Assembly: GCA_024654575.1 (NCBI GenBank)
Contig: JANLHG010000014.1
Coordinates: 24,745-88,744 of the forward strand
DNA length: 64,000 nt
DNA from: Patescibacteria group bacterium
Lineage (GTDB): Bacteria; Patescibacteriota; Minisyncoccia; Phycocordibacterales; PALSA-1337
Reading direction: 5' to 3'
Shown: positions 9,923 through 20,239 of the stretch, one piece after another
Layout: each line of letters starts with the position of its first letter
How positions within the stretch are numbered: the first letter of the stretch is position 1
Made by a program: the position numbers and the translations under genes
The notes under the pieces: model-generated
What the model was told of the DNA's origin: nothing
Seen by the model: only the letters and a program-made list of their open reading frames with translations
Databases searched by the model: none

Positions 9923-11505
9923 CGTATTAATAGCTGACATTGTTGCAGTTTTATATTTGCTTGGCTTTCAAGAACGGCCATTTTTGTAATAATATCATCT
10001 CTGTCTACTTCTGAATTTACCACTGCTGTAGTATCGTGAAGAATTTGATTTTGAATAATATTTTGGTAATCAGAAGTGGGTGTCACAGTATCATTTACAG
10101 TTTTGGCATTGTTTATCAGAGTTTTAGTATTGTTTAATTTTATAAGATTATCATTTGAATCAGAAACATCTTTAAGTAAAGGCTCTGCTAAAGGAGTGAT
10201 GGATTGGGCAATCATATCCCCTATTTCAACTATTTGAGCTTGAGTGAATGCTGTAGAAGATTTTTGTTGGTAACAACTCTGAGCACTGACTAGAAGATTT
10301 TTTGCTTTTATAACCGCTGAAAGCGAAGCGTTCTTATTTTGGTTGTAAGTTGTTTCTTCTTTTATTGAAGCATCAATGCCTTTAATGGATTCTGTTTTTA
10401 TATTTTGTAAAGCTTGAATATCTTCAGGGCTTTGTTGTTGAGATATTTTATTTATATATGAGGTGCTGTCAAAACTTCCTGACCCGCTTGTACCTTTTAA
10501 TCCGCTTCCTCCAGTAATTACCGTTTTGATTAATTGAGCAAAAAGGGCGTTCACAATTTCATTAAATTCATCAGCTAGTTCAAGTTGTCTAACTCCAGAC
10601 CCTAAAACGTTTTCTAATCCGCTTTCTATGACCGTACCTGGAGTTTGAATTTCGCAATGTTCTTCTGCTACATACCCTTCACCTGTGCCCTCAAAAGATC
10701 GCTCTGGTCCAGTATATGTTCCTTCTCCTGTTCCCTGATCTGGTCGCTCTTCAGTATTTTCACGGCCGGTTTTTTTACAAGACTTCCATGAAAGAAATCC
10801 TTTACCCCAATCAATTTCTGATTTTCGTGCTGCTTGTTTATTAGCAATTCTTAACGAAAGTTCTTCTTCTGCTAAAAGAGAAGCACCGATGTAATTATTT
10901 TGTGGTTCTTGAGTTAATGAAAGCCAATTTCCCCAACCGCCATTGCTAAAGTTGCCTTTTATAAAACTATTATTAAACCCATTTCCTGCATTTGTGGCAT
11001 TATTTACAATATCAGTAAACGTACAAGTAATTTTTTGTTTAAAAGGACGATATCTAAAAGCTAAAGCGATACGAATATCTATACTAAAAGGTTTACAAAG
11101 AAAATTAAGGTCAGACGAACCCTCTATAAACTTCCCTATCTCTTGGTCAGCTATGTCTACAAACATTCCTGCTGGGTCGGTAACGAAAGATGGGTTGCCG
11201 TCAAAGCCAGAGTTTATCCAGTTGACTATACTCGTGGTCATCTGACGAATAATAGCTTTAGCAATGTACCACGCGATGCCGTCCAAAACGGTTTCTTTGT
11301 ATTGCAAAGCATATTGATAAATATTTGAAGTGACACTTTTAGTTGCCGTTATGGTATTTTGGATAAGATTAGTGGGGTCAAATGTAATGTCTCCTATACC
11401 AAACAAAGCTTCACTTTTTTTAGGATATGATAAAAAAGTAGTAGGAATAACGAGAGAAATTACAAGTATGAAGCTTATTATTTTTTTATTTAATAAATTA
11501 AACAT
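9919..11505 (-). CDS. Secreted protein with TrbJ/VirB5-like N-terminus
   Basis: Signal peptide then GDITFDPTNLIQN; WINSGFDGNPSFV; ADEFNEIV. Confidence 0.55.
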   Translation of the reverse strand: MFNLLNKKIISFILVISLVIPTTFLSYPKKSEALFGIGDITFDPTNLIQNTITATKSVTSNIYQYALQYKETVLDGIAWYIAKAIIRQMTTSIVNWINSGFDGNPSFVTDPAGMFVDIADQEIGKFIEGSSDLNFLCKPFSIDIRIALAFRYRPFKQKITCTFTDIVNNATNAGNGFNNSFIKGNFSNGGWGNWLSLTQEPQNNYIGASLLAEEELSLRIANKQAARKSEIDWGKGFLSWKSCKKTGRENTEERPDQGTGEGTYTGPERSFEGTGEGYVAEEHCEIQTPGTVIESGLENVLGSGVRQLELADEFNEIVNALFAQLIKTVITGGSGLKGTSGSGSFDSTSYINKISQQQSPEDIQALQNIKTESIKGIDASIKEETTYNQNKNASLSAVIKAKNLLVSAQSCYQQKSSTAFTQAQIVEIGDMIAQSITPLAEPLLKDVSDSNDNLIKLNNTKTLINNAKTVNDTVTPTSDYQNIIQNQILHDTTAVVNSEVDRDDIITKMAVLESQANIKLQQCQLLIR

Positions 11506-11514
11506 GATTTTTTA

Positions 11515-12495
11515 TCATTGACTCGATACTCGTCCGAAAACATATCCCTCATCACTTGGTAAAAACGGTATTTTTTGTTGTACGACAAAATTTTTCAAAT
11601 CTTCCAGTGTTTGAGCGAAAAGAGGTAGAATATCGCCGTAGTGACCAAAACCTTTTAGAGAAAAAAGAGGGTCTGAGTACATCGTTCTCATTGACTTAAT
11701 GGTCGATATCATATCGCTTAAACTATTTAGTAAAGCAATTTGAACATTAACAGCACTTGGAGGCACTTTTATTTTTAAAGAATATGAAAGGATATCGCTG
11801 TAACTTTTAATCAATGGGTCAAGTTCTTTTATTTCATCTGGATTATTATGTAACATACTGTCTTGTGCAATAATCGCCGGATCTTTGCTTGAGATTGAAT
11901 AAGTCATAAGTATATGTGCCATTTCATTGGCGTATTGTTTAATAGATGATTCATTATCGGTACTTAATTGCAAATCTTTTTTACTATAAATACCTGTATT
12001 AACGTCAAGGTTTTGATTTTGTAAAATGTTTTGTACTAAACCAGTTTGATTATTGATATCCATTGGAACCCCACCCTGTTTCATAGTCATATATTTACTG
12101 AAGATACTTCTAGCAAATTTATCTGTTTCGGATAAATTAGATTGAGAGACTCCTGTATTTTTTGGTTCTAAAGGATGATCAGCCAAACTATCGTTTGGTC
12201 CAGGAATGGTTGGGTTTCTTCCCTCTTTTACTTCTTGACCATCGGGTATCTTATCTCCGTCAGAGTCCTGATTATGTAAGTCAGTTTTCCAGAGTGTCTC
12301 TTCCCAATCTTTCAATCCATCATTGTCAGAATCTTTATTAGCTAGTTCATTAAAAGTTTTTTCATTTGCAGTTATTGTTGCTAGTGAGTCAATTTTTTGA
12401 GGAATATTATTATAATGAACCAACACAAAAATCCCTCCGAGAACAAATGTAGAGGTAATAAAAACAATACCAATTTTTTTGTGGCTTATAATCAA
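11515..12495 (-). CDS. Membrane-anchored protein with thrombospondin type-3-like Ca-binding repeats
   Basis: DSDNDGLKDWEE...DSDGDKIPDGQEVKEGRNP. Confidence 0.7.
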   Translation of the reverse strand: MIISHKKIGIVFITSTFVLGGIFVLVHYNNIPQKIDSLATITANEKTFNELANKDSDNDGLKDWEETLWKTDLHNQDSDGDKIPDGQEVKEGRNPTIPGPNDSLADHPLEPKNTGVSQSNLSETDKFARSIFSKYMTMKQGGVPMDINNQTGLVQNILQNQNLDVNTGIYSKKDLQLSTDNESSIKQYANEMAHILMTYSISSKDPAIIAQDSMLHNNPDEIKELDPLIKSYSDILSYSLKIKVPPSAVNVQIALLNSLSDMISTIKSMRTMYSDPLFSLKGFGHYGDILPLFAQTLEDLKNFVVQQKIPFLPSDEGYVFGRVSSQ

Positions 12496-12542
12496 AATAT
12501 TTTTTGGTTCTACTCTCTATTATAGCAAGTAAACTGTGGATT

Positions 12543-13340
12543 TTATGTGGATAAGATGTTGAAAGTAATATCTTTCCACTGAGCTAATGTTATAGTTTCT
12601 GCTCGAGCTGTTAAAGGAATTAAAAGTTTATCAAAAATATTGACAATTTTTTGTTTTTCTGTGATTTTTTCCAAATTATTTACTAAAAATTTTCTTTTGT
12701 GAGCAAATCCAGCTTTGACAACATCAAAAAACCCTTTTTCATCAAAATTATCAAAAAACTTTTTGGAAATATCATCAATAAGTAAAATTGCGGAATCAAC
12801 TCTCGGGATAGGAGAAAAAAATTTAGCTTTTATGGTATTGATGTATTTGGGATTTCCGTATGCTTTGACACTTATTGATAAAATACTTTCCTTTCCATCC
12901 TTTGAACATATTCTTTGAGCTACTTCTTTTTGCACCATAAGCACCATAAGTTTTGGTTGAATATTATTTGTAAGAAATTGGCGAATTACCTCACCTGTTA
13001 TGTAATATGGGATGTTTGCTACAAGCTTGTAACATGAAGTATGAAGCATGAAGCGTGAAGGATTAAATTCAAGAATATCGGCGTTTACAAATTCAAATTT
13101 ACCTTGAGTAATGAAATCAGCAAATTTTTCTTTAAGAAAATTGGTCAATCTATCATCTTTTTCAACAGCAACTACCTTCGCACCAGTTTGAAGTAATTGT
13201 TCGGTTAAAATGCCTTTACCAGGCCCTATTTCTAGGATTGTATCATTGGAGATTACACCTCCAGCTGATATTATTTCACGAACTGCCCCTTTAGATTTAA
13301 GGAAGTTTTGTCCTAAAGATTTTTTTGAATGAAATTGCAT
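12543..13340 (-). CDS. rsmA: 16S rRNA m6,2A dimethyltransferase
   Basis: KKSLGQNFL, LEIGPGKG, ANIPYYIT, MVQKEVA. Confidence 0.97.
   Translation of the reverse strand: MQFHSKKSLGQNFLKSKGAVREIISAGGVISNDTILEIGPGKGILTEQLLQTGAKVVAVEKDDRLTNFLKEKFADFITQGKFEFVNADILEFNPSRFMLHTSCYKLVANIPYYITGEVIRQFLTNNIQPKLMVLMVQKEVAQRICSKDGKESILSISVKAYGNPKYINTIKAKFFSPIPRVDSAILLIDDISKKFFDNFDEKGFFDVVKAGFAHKRKFLVNNLEKITEKQKIVNIFDKLLIPLTARAETITLAQWKDITFNILST
12546..12554 (-). promoter_or_regulatory. DnaA box (TTATCCACA on minus strand)
   Basis: TGTGGATAA perfect match; degenerate TGTGGATTT just upstream. Confidence 0.45.
13033..13060. repeat. 4x 7-nt tandem repeat (CATGAAG) inside rsmA
   Basis: CATGAAG TATGAAG CATGAAG CGTGAAG. 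Confidence 0.8.
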
Positions 13341-13341
13341 A

Positions 13342-15267
13342 TTAGAAATCTATAAAAATTGCTTTGACACCTGTTTGTACGGAAGAATTTGTTTGGTCAG
13401 TATCTAATAATTCTTCATCAATATCGCTTATGAATTGTGACATAGTATTTGCTTTTTTTGAACCAAAAATAGTACGCATATGTGCATAAGTAAGATATAT
13501 TTTTTTTCTTGCTCTAGTAAGAGCAACATAAAATAATCTTCGCTCTTCTTCTGCCTCTTCATCATTTACTTCGCTTTCATTAAATTTTTTATGAGGGAAA
13601 AGGTCTTCTTCAAGTCCAACAATAAATACATGGTCAAATTCTAGTCCTTTTGCACTATGCACAGTCATTAATTTTACAGCTTCTTGATTTTTTTCCAACT
13701 CGTCTTGGTCTGACGCCAGTGCTGCGTCTTCTAGAAGTTTTTCCATTCCATCACCAAGGGGTAATAAGTCATATTTTGTAGCGAGTGTTACCAATTCTCT
13801 TATGTTTTCGAGTCTTTCCTGATCTTCTTCGGTTCCATTTTTTAAAATTTTTTCTAAACCACTTTCTTGAAGAATAAATTTAATAATTTCTGATGGTTTA
13901 TTTTTTAAAACCATTTCTTTTATTTTTAGTAATAACATTCTAAAGTCGGTAATTCTTTGTCTCATTGCACCGGTTAATTCAGTTTCTTTTCCTGATAAGA
14001 TTTTGAGCAAACTTACTTTTCCAATTCCTCGAGGAGGTACATTTATAATTCTTCTTATATCCACTAAACTCTCTGGATTAAGTCCTGCTCGAACGAAAGA
14101 GAGTATATCTTTTATTTCTTTTCTTTCAAAAAATCTTGTTCCCAAAATTTGATAAGGCACGTTTTTAGAGAGGAACAATTCTTCAAGTGCTCGTGACTGA
14201 AAATTGGCTCTGTAGAGCACTGCAATCTCTTTTGGTGATATATTACTTGCTATCAAATCTCTACTAGTATCTGCAACAAAGCGTGCTTCCTCTATTTCAT
14301 CATATCCAGCATAGACAGTCACTTTTTCTCCCTCTTCATTTTCAGTGAATAATCTTTTTTCTCTTCGCATAGTATTTTTTTCAATGATGCGGTTTGCTAC
14401 TGTTAAAATAGTTTGTGTTGAGCGGTAATTTTGTTCAAGTAAAATAACTTTTGCATTCGGGTAATCTTTTTCAAAGTTTAGTATATTTTCTATAGTAGCT
14501 CCTCTCCAGCTATAAATCATTTGATCAATATCTCCAACACAACAAATATTTTTATGTTTTTCAGATAAAAGTGTAGCTATTTCATATTGTGTTTTGTTAG
14601 TATCTTGATATTCATCTATGTGAATGTATTGCCAAATATTTTGGTAGTATTCTCTAACTTCTTTATTATTTTTTAATAAAAAAGCAGTTTTAACTAATAA
14701 ATCGTCAAAATCTAAAGCATTTTCTTTTTTTAAAATCATTTCATATCGTTTCCATATATCTGAAACAACTTTTGTGAAATATCCTTTATTTTTATCTTGA
14801 TATTGTTCCAGACTTATCATATCTCCTTTATTGCGAGATATGATGCTTATAATTTTAGCTGGTTCGTATTGTTTAGGGTCTAATCCTGCTTCTTCTAAAG
14901 CGTCTTTAATAGCTCGTTTGGAGTCATTTTTATCATAAATAGTAAAATTTCTAATTATTCCTAATATTCGTGAATTTTCTTTTAATATATGAACACCTAG
15001 AGAGTGAAAGGTGCTCATAAAGGGTTTTTCTTGATTATTGATCTCTAAAAGTTTGTCAACTCTTTCCCTCATTTCTTTAGCTGCCTTGTTTGTAAAAGTA
15101 ATGGCCAAAATTGACCTCGGGTCTATTCCACTATTGATTAAATTCAAAATTCTATGTGTAATAGTTTTTGTCTTTCCAGCTCCCGCTCCTGCAATGATTA
15201 AAAGAGGTCCATTTTTATGCATTACCGCCTCTTTCTGCTCTTTGTTAAGCCCTTTTGTGTGATCCAT
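13342..15267 (-). CDS. pcrA: ATP-dependent DNA helicase PcrA/UvrD
   Basis: AGAGAGKT, DEYQD, QNYRS, TVHSAKGLEF, EERRLFYVALTRA. Confidence 0.96.
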   Translation of the reverse strand: MDHTKGLNKEQKEAVMHKNGPLLIIAGAGAGKTKTITHRILNLINSGIDPRSILAITFTNKAAKEMRERVDKLLEINNQEKPFMSTFHSLGVHILKENSRILGIIRNFTIYDKNDSKRAIKDALEEAGLDPKQYEPAKIISIISRNKGDMISLEQYQDKNKGYFTKVVSDIWKRYEMILKKENALDFDDLLVKTAFLLKNNKEVREYYQNIWQYIHIDEYQDTNKTQYEIATLLSEKHKNICCVGDIDQMIYSWRGATIENILNFEKDYPNAKVILLEQNYRSTQTILTVANRIIEKNTMRREKRLFTENEEGEKVTVYAGYDEIEEARFVADTSRDLIASNISPKEIAVLYRANFQSRALEELFLSKNVPYQILGTRFFERKEIKDILSFVRAGLNPESLVDIRRIINVPPRGIGKVSLLKILSGKETELTGAMRQRITDFRMLLLKIKEMVLKNKPSEIIKFILQESGLEKILKNGTEEDQERLENIRELVTLATKYDLLPLGDGMEKLLEDAALASDQDELEKNQEAVKLMTVHSAKGLEFDHVFIVGLEEDLFPHKKFNESEVNDEEAEEERRLFYVALTRARKKIYLTYAHMRTIFGSKKANTMSQFISDIDEELLDTDQTNSSVQTGVKAIFIDF

Positions 15268-15498
15268 AGTATTACTATATCATGGATAAATTTTTTCTTT
15301 ATTTTTGTCCACTTTAGCTAGGTTGACTTTTAAATACCTATAGGTATTATAGAAGTTATCACAGTTAATTCCGATTAAAATGGCTTTGTTAAGCCATTTG
15401 TTTCTGAAAAGGTAGTTAATAACCGATTTAGGCTTATTTTAAAAAAAATAAAAGATTTTATCGCTAAATACGGACATAAGCAGGCACAAAAAGTTGTT

Positions 15499-16476
15499 TT
15501 GCTTTTGTTGATTATGATAGTTCCTTTTCAAGTTCAGGCAGGTTTTTTGTCTTTTGTTTCTGGTTTTTTTGGTAATACTAAAGTAGAAGCGGATACTACA
15601 AATGAGCCAAACTCTCAGAATATGGCTTTGCTTCACGCTGCTATAAATACAGATCCAAATCTTTCTAAAGGTACAAGTGAGATTGTTATTGTTGGAGGTA
15701 GTGCTCTTTTATCTGAAAATGGACCTCTAGGAACAACTGCTGACATACAGGAAGAACATATCAATACTCAAATTAGTGTTTACGTGGTCAGAGAAGGTGA
15801 TTCTTTAAGTAGAATCGCCCAACTTTTTAATGTGTCTGTTAATACTATTTTGTGGGCGAATGATTTACCTACAGGATCAAATATCCAACCAGGACAGACA
15901 TTGGTTATTCTTCCGGTCTCAGGTATTAAATATGCGGTTAAAAAAGGTGACACAATTGAGTCTATAGCTAAAAAATATAAAGCAGATGTTGACGACGTGT
16001 TAAGTTATAACGGTTTTGCTAAAAATACTCAGTTAGAAATAGGTAATGAATTGATTATTCCTGATGGCGAGATAGCTTCAGTTACCAAGAATGTAGTATC
16101 AAAAAAATCTAAAAGCAGTCTGCCTGGTTATTCAGGATATTATATGCGTCCGATTACTGGTGGGTATAGAACACAAGGAATTCATGGTTATAATGGCGTA
16201 GATCTTGCTGATTCAATTGGTACACCTGTTTTTGCAGCTGCAGATGGTATAGTCATTATAAGTAAATCAGGTGGTTGGAATGGTAGTTATGGAAGTTATA
16301 TAGTAATCTCACATCCGAATGTTACTCAAACACTGTATGCACACTTAAGCGGTAATATTGTGTCAGTTGGCGATTCTGTAAAGAAGGGTCAACTTATAGG
16401 ACTGGTAGGTTCAACAGGTCGTTCTACAGGTCCTCATGTTCACTTTGAAATTCGTGGAGCAGTTAATCCTTTTTAA
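15499..16476 (+). CDS. LysM-domain M23 peptidase
   Basis: Two LysM repeats; HGYNGVD, YAHL, HVHFE; start uncertain. Confidence 0.9.
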   Translation: MLLLIMIVPFQVQAGFLSFVSGFFGNTKVEADTTNEPNSQNMALLHAAINTDPNLSKGTSEIVIVGGSALLSENGPLGTTADIQEEHINTQISVYVVREGDSLSRIAQLFNVSVNTILWANDLPTGSNIQPGQTLVILPVSGIKYAVKKGDTIESIAKKYKADVDDVLSYNGFAKNTQLEIGNELIIPDGEIASVTKNVVSKKSKSSLPGYSGYYMRPITGGYRTQGIHGYNGVDLADSIGTPVFAAADGIVIISKSGGWNGSYGSYIVISHPNVTQTLYAHLSGNIVSVGDSVKKGQLIGLVGSTGRSTGPHVHFEIRGAVNPF

Positions 16477-17173
16477 TTTTTTTTCCTGACAATTCAATAG
16501 ATTTGATAACAAGAGTATCCATAGCATCTACAAAATATTCTGGAAGATTACAATTTTTTTTGAAGTAAGACAGCTCTGTACATCCAATTATGATTATATT
16601 ACATCCTTTTTCTTTTAATTCATCAGCTACTTTCATAAAATCTTTTATATCACCCTTCCCTTCTTTTTTTATTCCGTTGTAAATTATGTCCATTAAAACT
16701 TCTTGATTTTTTTCTGATGGGGTAATTGTTTCTATATTATATTTTTTACATTCATTTTCGTATATTTTTGAATTTATAGTTCCATCTGTGGCCATTATTC
16801 CTATCTTTTTTATTTCTGTGTAATTTTGTGTGGCATATTTTAGGCTTTCTTCTATCATATTTATTATTCGTATTTTTGTTTGGGATTGTATTTCATGATA
16901 AAAAAAATGAGCAGTATTGCATGGTATAGCTACTATTTCTACACCTATTTTTTCTAATATCTCCAAATCTTTTTTAATTTGTGAAATAAATGGTTCATAT
17001 TCTTTTGATTCTATAGCTGTAGTTCTATCAGAAATACTACTATGATTTAGTATGACTAAGTCTAAATGTTCTTGATCCGATGAAGTATCTGTTTTTTCTA
17101 CTATTCTAGTAAAAAAATCAGCAGTTGCTTCTGGTCCCATCCCCCCAATTATTCCTAATTTATAGTTAGACAT
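16463..17173 (-). CDS. racD: Aspartate racemase
   Basis: LGIIGGMGPEAT, IPCNTAH, IGCTELS catalytic Cys pair. Confidence 0.9.
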   Translation of the reverse strand: MSNYKLGIIGGMGPEATADFFTRIVEKTDTSSDQEHLDLVILNHSSISDRTTAIESKEYEPFISQIKKDLEILEKIGVEIVAIPCNTAHFFYHEIQSQTKIRIINMIEESLKYATQNYTEIKKIGIMATDGTINSKIYENECKKYNIETITPSEKNQEVLMDIIYNGIKKEGKGDIKDFMKVADELKEKGCNIIIIGCTELSYFKKNCNLPEYFVDAMDTLVIKSIELSGKKIKKD

Positions 17174-18377
17174 AGTATTTTTTATATTTAATAAAGTGAC
17201 TCAAATGTGATTTTAATAAGTATAACAATCTTTTTACTTTATAATCATTTTTATAAAATAATGGATTTATAAAATCTTTTTTTTGTATAAGTAATTTCAT
17301 TTCGTTTTTTAATTCTTGAGGTTTTACATACTTGAATGCTACTTTTATCGGAACAACAAGCCATAATTTTTTGTTTTTAACTACGGTAAACTCAAGCTCT
17401 TTGTTGTAAATGTAGTCATCTACTAGATATTTTGCTAAATTATACCCTGCTCCAGTAACATAAAAATTACTTCTACCCTGTCTTAAATTTATTTCAAATA
17501 TTTTATATTTACCATCTCTGGTGTCGTATTTAATATCAAAGTTTGAAAAGCCATAGAAATCTATGTCTTCTAAAAACTTTTTTATTTTGTTTATAAGTTC
17601 ATCATTAATTTCATTTATGATGACGGCGTGATTTCCTAATCCGTGAGGTGTGTGTTCTTCAAGGAGAACATGTCCTAACGCCATAAGTTTAACTTTTTTA
17701 TTTTTATCAGAATAACAAGTCATAACATGCATATATGTATCATCTCCGGGTATGTAATCTTGTATTATTAATGTATCTTTATATCCAGCGTTATAAATTT
17801 CTTTCAAAACTTTATTTAGTAGTTCATGATTGTTTAATTTGTAAACTTTCTTTTGGCTAGTAAAAGAATTGTTCCAGTATTCAACGCTGTTAGATGGTTT
17901 TACAATGACAGGAAAGTTAAATGGTAAAGTGAAATTTTCTCCCATTTCTTTTTTATGTATAAAAGTTTTTGGGTAATCAATATTGTGTTTTTGACATATT
18001 TCATAAAATTTCTCTTTTTTTATGAGTTTTTCCATTATTTCATAGTCAATATATGGAATAATAAAATTATTAGGAAGTTTATATTTATTTTTACTTATTA
18101 AACTAACATAATTATCTCCACAACCAATTAGTATAAGTTTTTTATTTTTATTTTTTAATGATATTTCGTTCATTATTCTCATAAAACAATCATCTTCGTC
18201 TATCGTCTCTATTGCTGTGAAGTCTATGATTTTGCTGTTATAGCTAGGTCCGTTGCTATATTTTCCTATTACCATTGATTTTATTGAGTATTCTTCATGA
18301 AACGCTCTAGCCATACTGTAAGTATTGATATCACTACCAAGTAATACTGGTATAAAATTTAATTTTTTTATTATCAT
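17166..18377 (-). CDS. D-aspartate ligase (ATP-grasp; AslA/Asl-fm family)
   Basis: PVLLGSDINTYSMARAFHEEY, QDYIPGDD, GHVLLEEH, FEINLRQGRS. Confidence 0.85.
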   Translation of the reverse strand: MIIKKLNFIPVLLGSDINTYSMARAFHEEYSIKSMVIGKYSNGPSYNSKIIDFTAIETIDEDDCFMRIMNEISLKNKNKKLILIGCGDNYVSLISKNKYKLPNNFIIPYIDYEIMEKLIKKEKFYEICQKHNIDYPKTFIHKKEMGENFTLPFNFPVIVKPSNSVEYWNNSFTSQKKVYKLNNHELLNKVLKEIYNAGYKDTLIIQDYIPGDDTYMHVMTCYSDKNKKVKLMALGHVLLEEHTPHGLGNHAVIINEINDELINKIKKFLEDIDFYGFSNFDIKYDTRDGKYKIFEINLRQGRSNFYVTGAGYNLAKYLVDDYIYNKELEFTVVKNKKLWLVVPIKVAFKYVKPQELKNEMKLLIQKKDFINPLFYKNDYKVKRLLYLLKSHLSHFIKYKKYYV

Positions 18378-20218
18378 CGTTTTATGAAAAATTCCTCATA
18401 CCACACCAAAAATGTGAATATTGCCCATATTTTTCTTGAGTTATTTTTTCCCTTTCGGTGTTCATCTAACAATCTCAGTATTTTTGTTTTATTAAAGTAT
18501 TTTTCAGCAATTTCAGATAGAAAGTGTTTTTTTATAATATTATAGTATTTATCTTCCCGCAACCATTCAACTAATGGTAAAGGGAAAGCCATTTTTTTTC
18601 TATCAGCACTAATTTTGTTAATTTCTTTACCAGCTGCTTCTCGTAAAGCTAATTTGGTATTTTTTTTGTTTACTTTATATTCAACAGGTATCGTGCTTGC
18701 AAGTTTAAATATTTCAATATCTAAAAATGGCACTCTTAGTTCTAATGAATTTGCCATACTCATTTTATCGGCCTTTAACAATATTTCTTGAACCATCCAA
18801 AAATGAATATCTATATATTGCATTTTGGTTATGTCGTCATTATTTTTTACTTTATCGTAAAAAGGTTTAACATAATCTTGAGGAGATTTTGATTTATACT
18901 TATTTTTTAGTACGTTTCCTCTTTCTTTTTCATTGAATAGATTACTATTTCCAATATACCTTTCTTCAATTGTTTTACTTCCCCTTATTATAAAATTTTT
19001 TCCTTTGAAATAAGGTAATGGTTTAACTAGTAAAGCTAGAAATTTTCTTATTGATAAAGGCAATTTTTGGTAATTTTTTAAAGACAATGGTTCTTGGTAG
19101 ACATTGTAACCACCAAACATTTCGTCAGCTCCCTCTCCAGATAAAACAACTTTTACATCTTTTGAAGCTAATTGAGAAACGAAATATAATAAATTTGCAC
19201 TTGGGTTCGCCAAGGGCTCATCAAGATGGTATTGCACGTTTCCAACATTAGAAAAATATTCTTCAGAAGATACTATTTTTGAATAATTTTGGACACTTAT
19301 TTCTTGAGCAAATTTTTTTGCATCATTTGATTCATCGTATAATTTATCATCAAAACCTATTGAATATGTCCGTATTTTTTCTGATTTTGATAGTTCGTAT
19401 GTTACATAACTAGAATCTACTCCACTTGATAAAAAAGTTCCAACCTCCACATCACTTATTTTGTGAGCAGTTACTGATTCGGTAACGGAATTTGAAATAT
19501 GGTCTACAAAATAATCCATATTTTTATCATTTTCTATATTAAATTCTGGTGTAAAATATCGAATTATTTTTAATTCCCCACCTGATGGTGTGTTTCTGTA
19601 TTCAAAATAATGGGCGGGTGGTAATTTATAAACATTTTTGAAAAAAGTCTCATTTCCAGGAACGCAACTAAATGTCAAATAATCTGGTAGTTTTTCTTCA
19701 AATAATTCTTTTTTGAAATCAGGATGAGATAAAAAACCCTTTATTTCTGAGCCAAACATAAAAGTTGAGCCCATTTTTGTGTAATAAAAAGGTTTAATTC
19801 CGAAGAAATCTCTAGCTCCAAATATTTTTTTTTCTTTGTTATCCCAAATTACAAAAGAAAACATTCCCCTTAACTTGCAGAGTAAATTTACACCATACTC
19901 TTCATATCCATGAATTAACACTTCAGAGTCACTTTCTGTGCTAAAAACATGACCTTTTTTGATTAATTCTTGTTTTAAAAATCTATAATTGTATATTTCT
20001 CCGTTAAAAACCAAAACCTTTGTTTTGTCTTCATTAAACATTGGCTGAGAGCCGTTTTTTAAATCAATTATACTTAATCTTCTAAACCCTAGAGATATTT
20101 TATCGTCAATATAAGTATCTTCTGAATCTGGTCCCCTATGAGAAATAGCCTTCAACATGTTTGATAGCACGTTTTTATTATCTTTAGTAGTTCCTGTGTA
20201 TCCTACAAAGCCACACAT
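18374..20218 (-). CDS. asnB: Asparagine synthase (glutamine-hydrolysing), AsnH-like amidotransferase
   Basis: N-terminal MCG, HRGPD, RRLSIID, FNGEIYN, LSSGVDSS, SGEGADE. Confidence 0.95.
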   Translation of the reverse strand: MCGFVGYTGTTKDNKNVLSNMLKAISHRGPDSEDTYIDDKISLGFRRLSIIDLKNGSQPMFNEDKTKVLVFNGEIYNYRFLKQELIKKGHVFSTESDSEVLIHGYEEYGVNLLCKLRGMFSFVIWDNKEKKIFGARDFFGIKPFYYTKMGSTFMFGSEIKGFLSHPDFKKELFEEKLPDYLTFSCVPGNETFFKNVYKLPPAHYFEYRNTPSGGELKIIRYFTPEFNIENDKNMDYFVDHISNSVTESVTAHKISDVEVGTFLSSGVDSSYVTYELSKSEKIRTYSIGFDDKLYDESNDAKKFAQEISVQNYSKIVSSEEYFSNVGNVQYHLDEPLANPSANLLYFVSQLASKDVKVVLSGEGADEMFGGYNVYQEPLSLKNYQKLPLSIRKFLALLVKPLPYFKGKNFIIRGSKTIEERYIGNSNLFNEKERGNVLKNKYKSKSPQDYVKPFYDKVKNNDDITKMQYIDIHFWMVQEILLKADKMSMANSLELRVPFLDIEIFKLASTIPVEYKVNKKNTKLALREAAGKEINKISADRKKMAFPLPLVEWLREDKYYNIIKKHFLSEIAEKYFNKTKILRLLDEHRKGKNNSRKIWAIFTFLVWYEEFFIKR

Positions 20219-20239
20219 ATGCAATGGAGTATAGCATAT

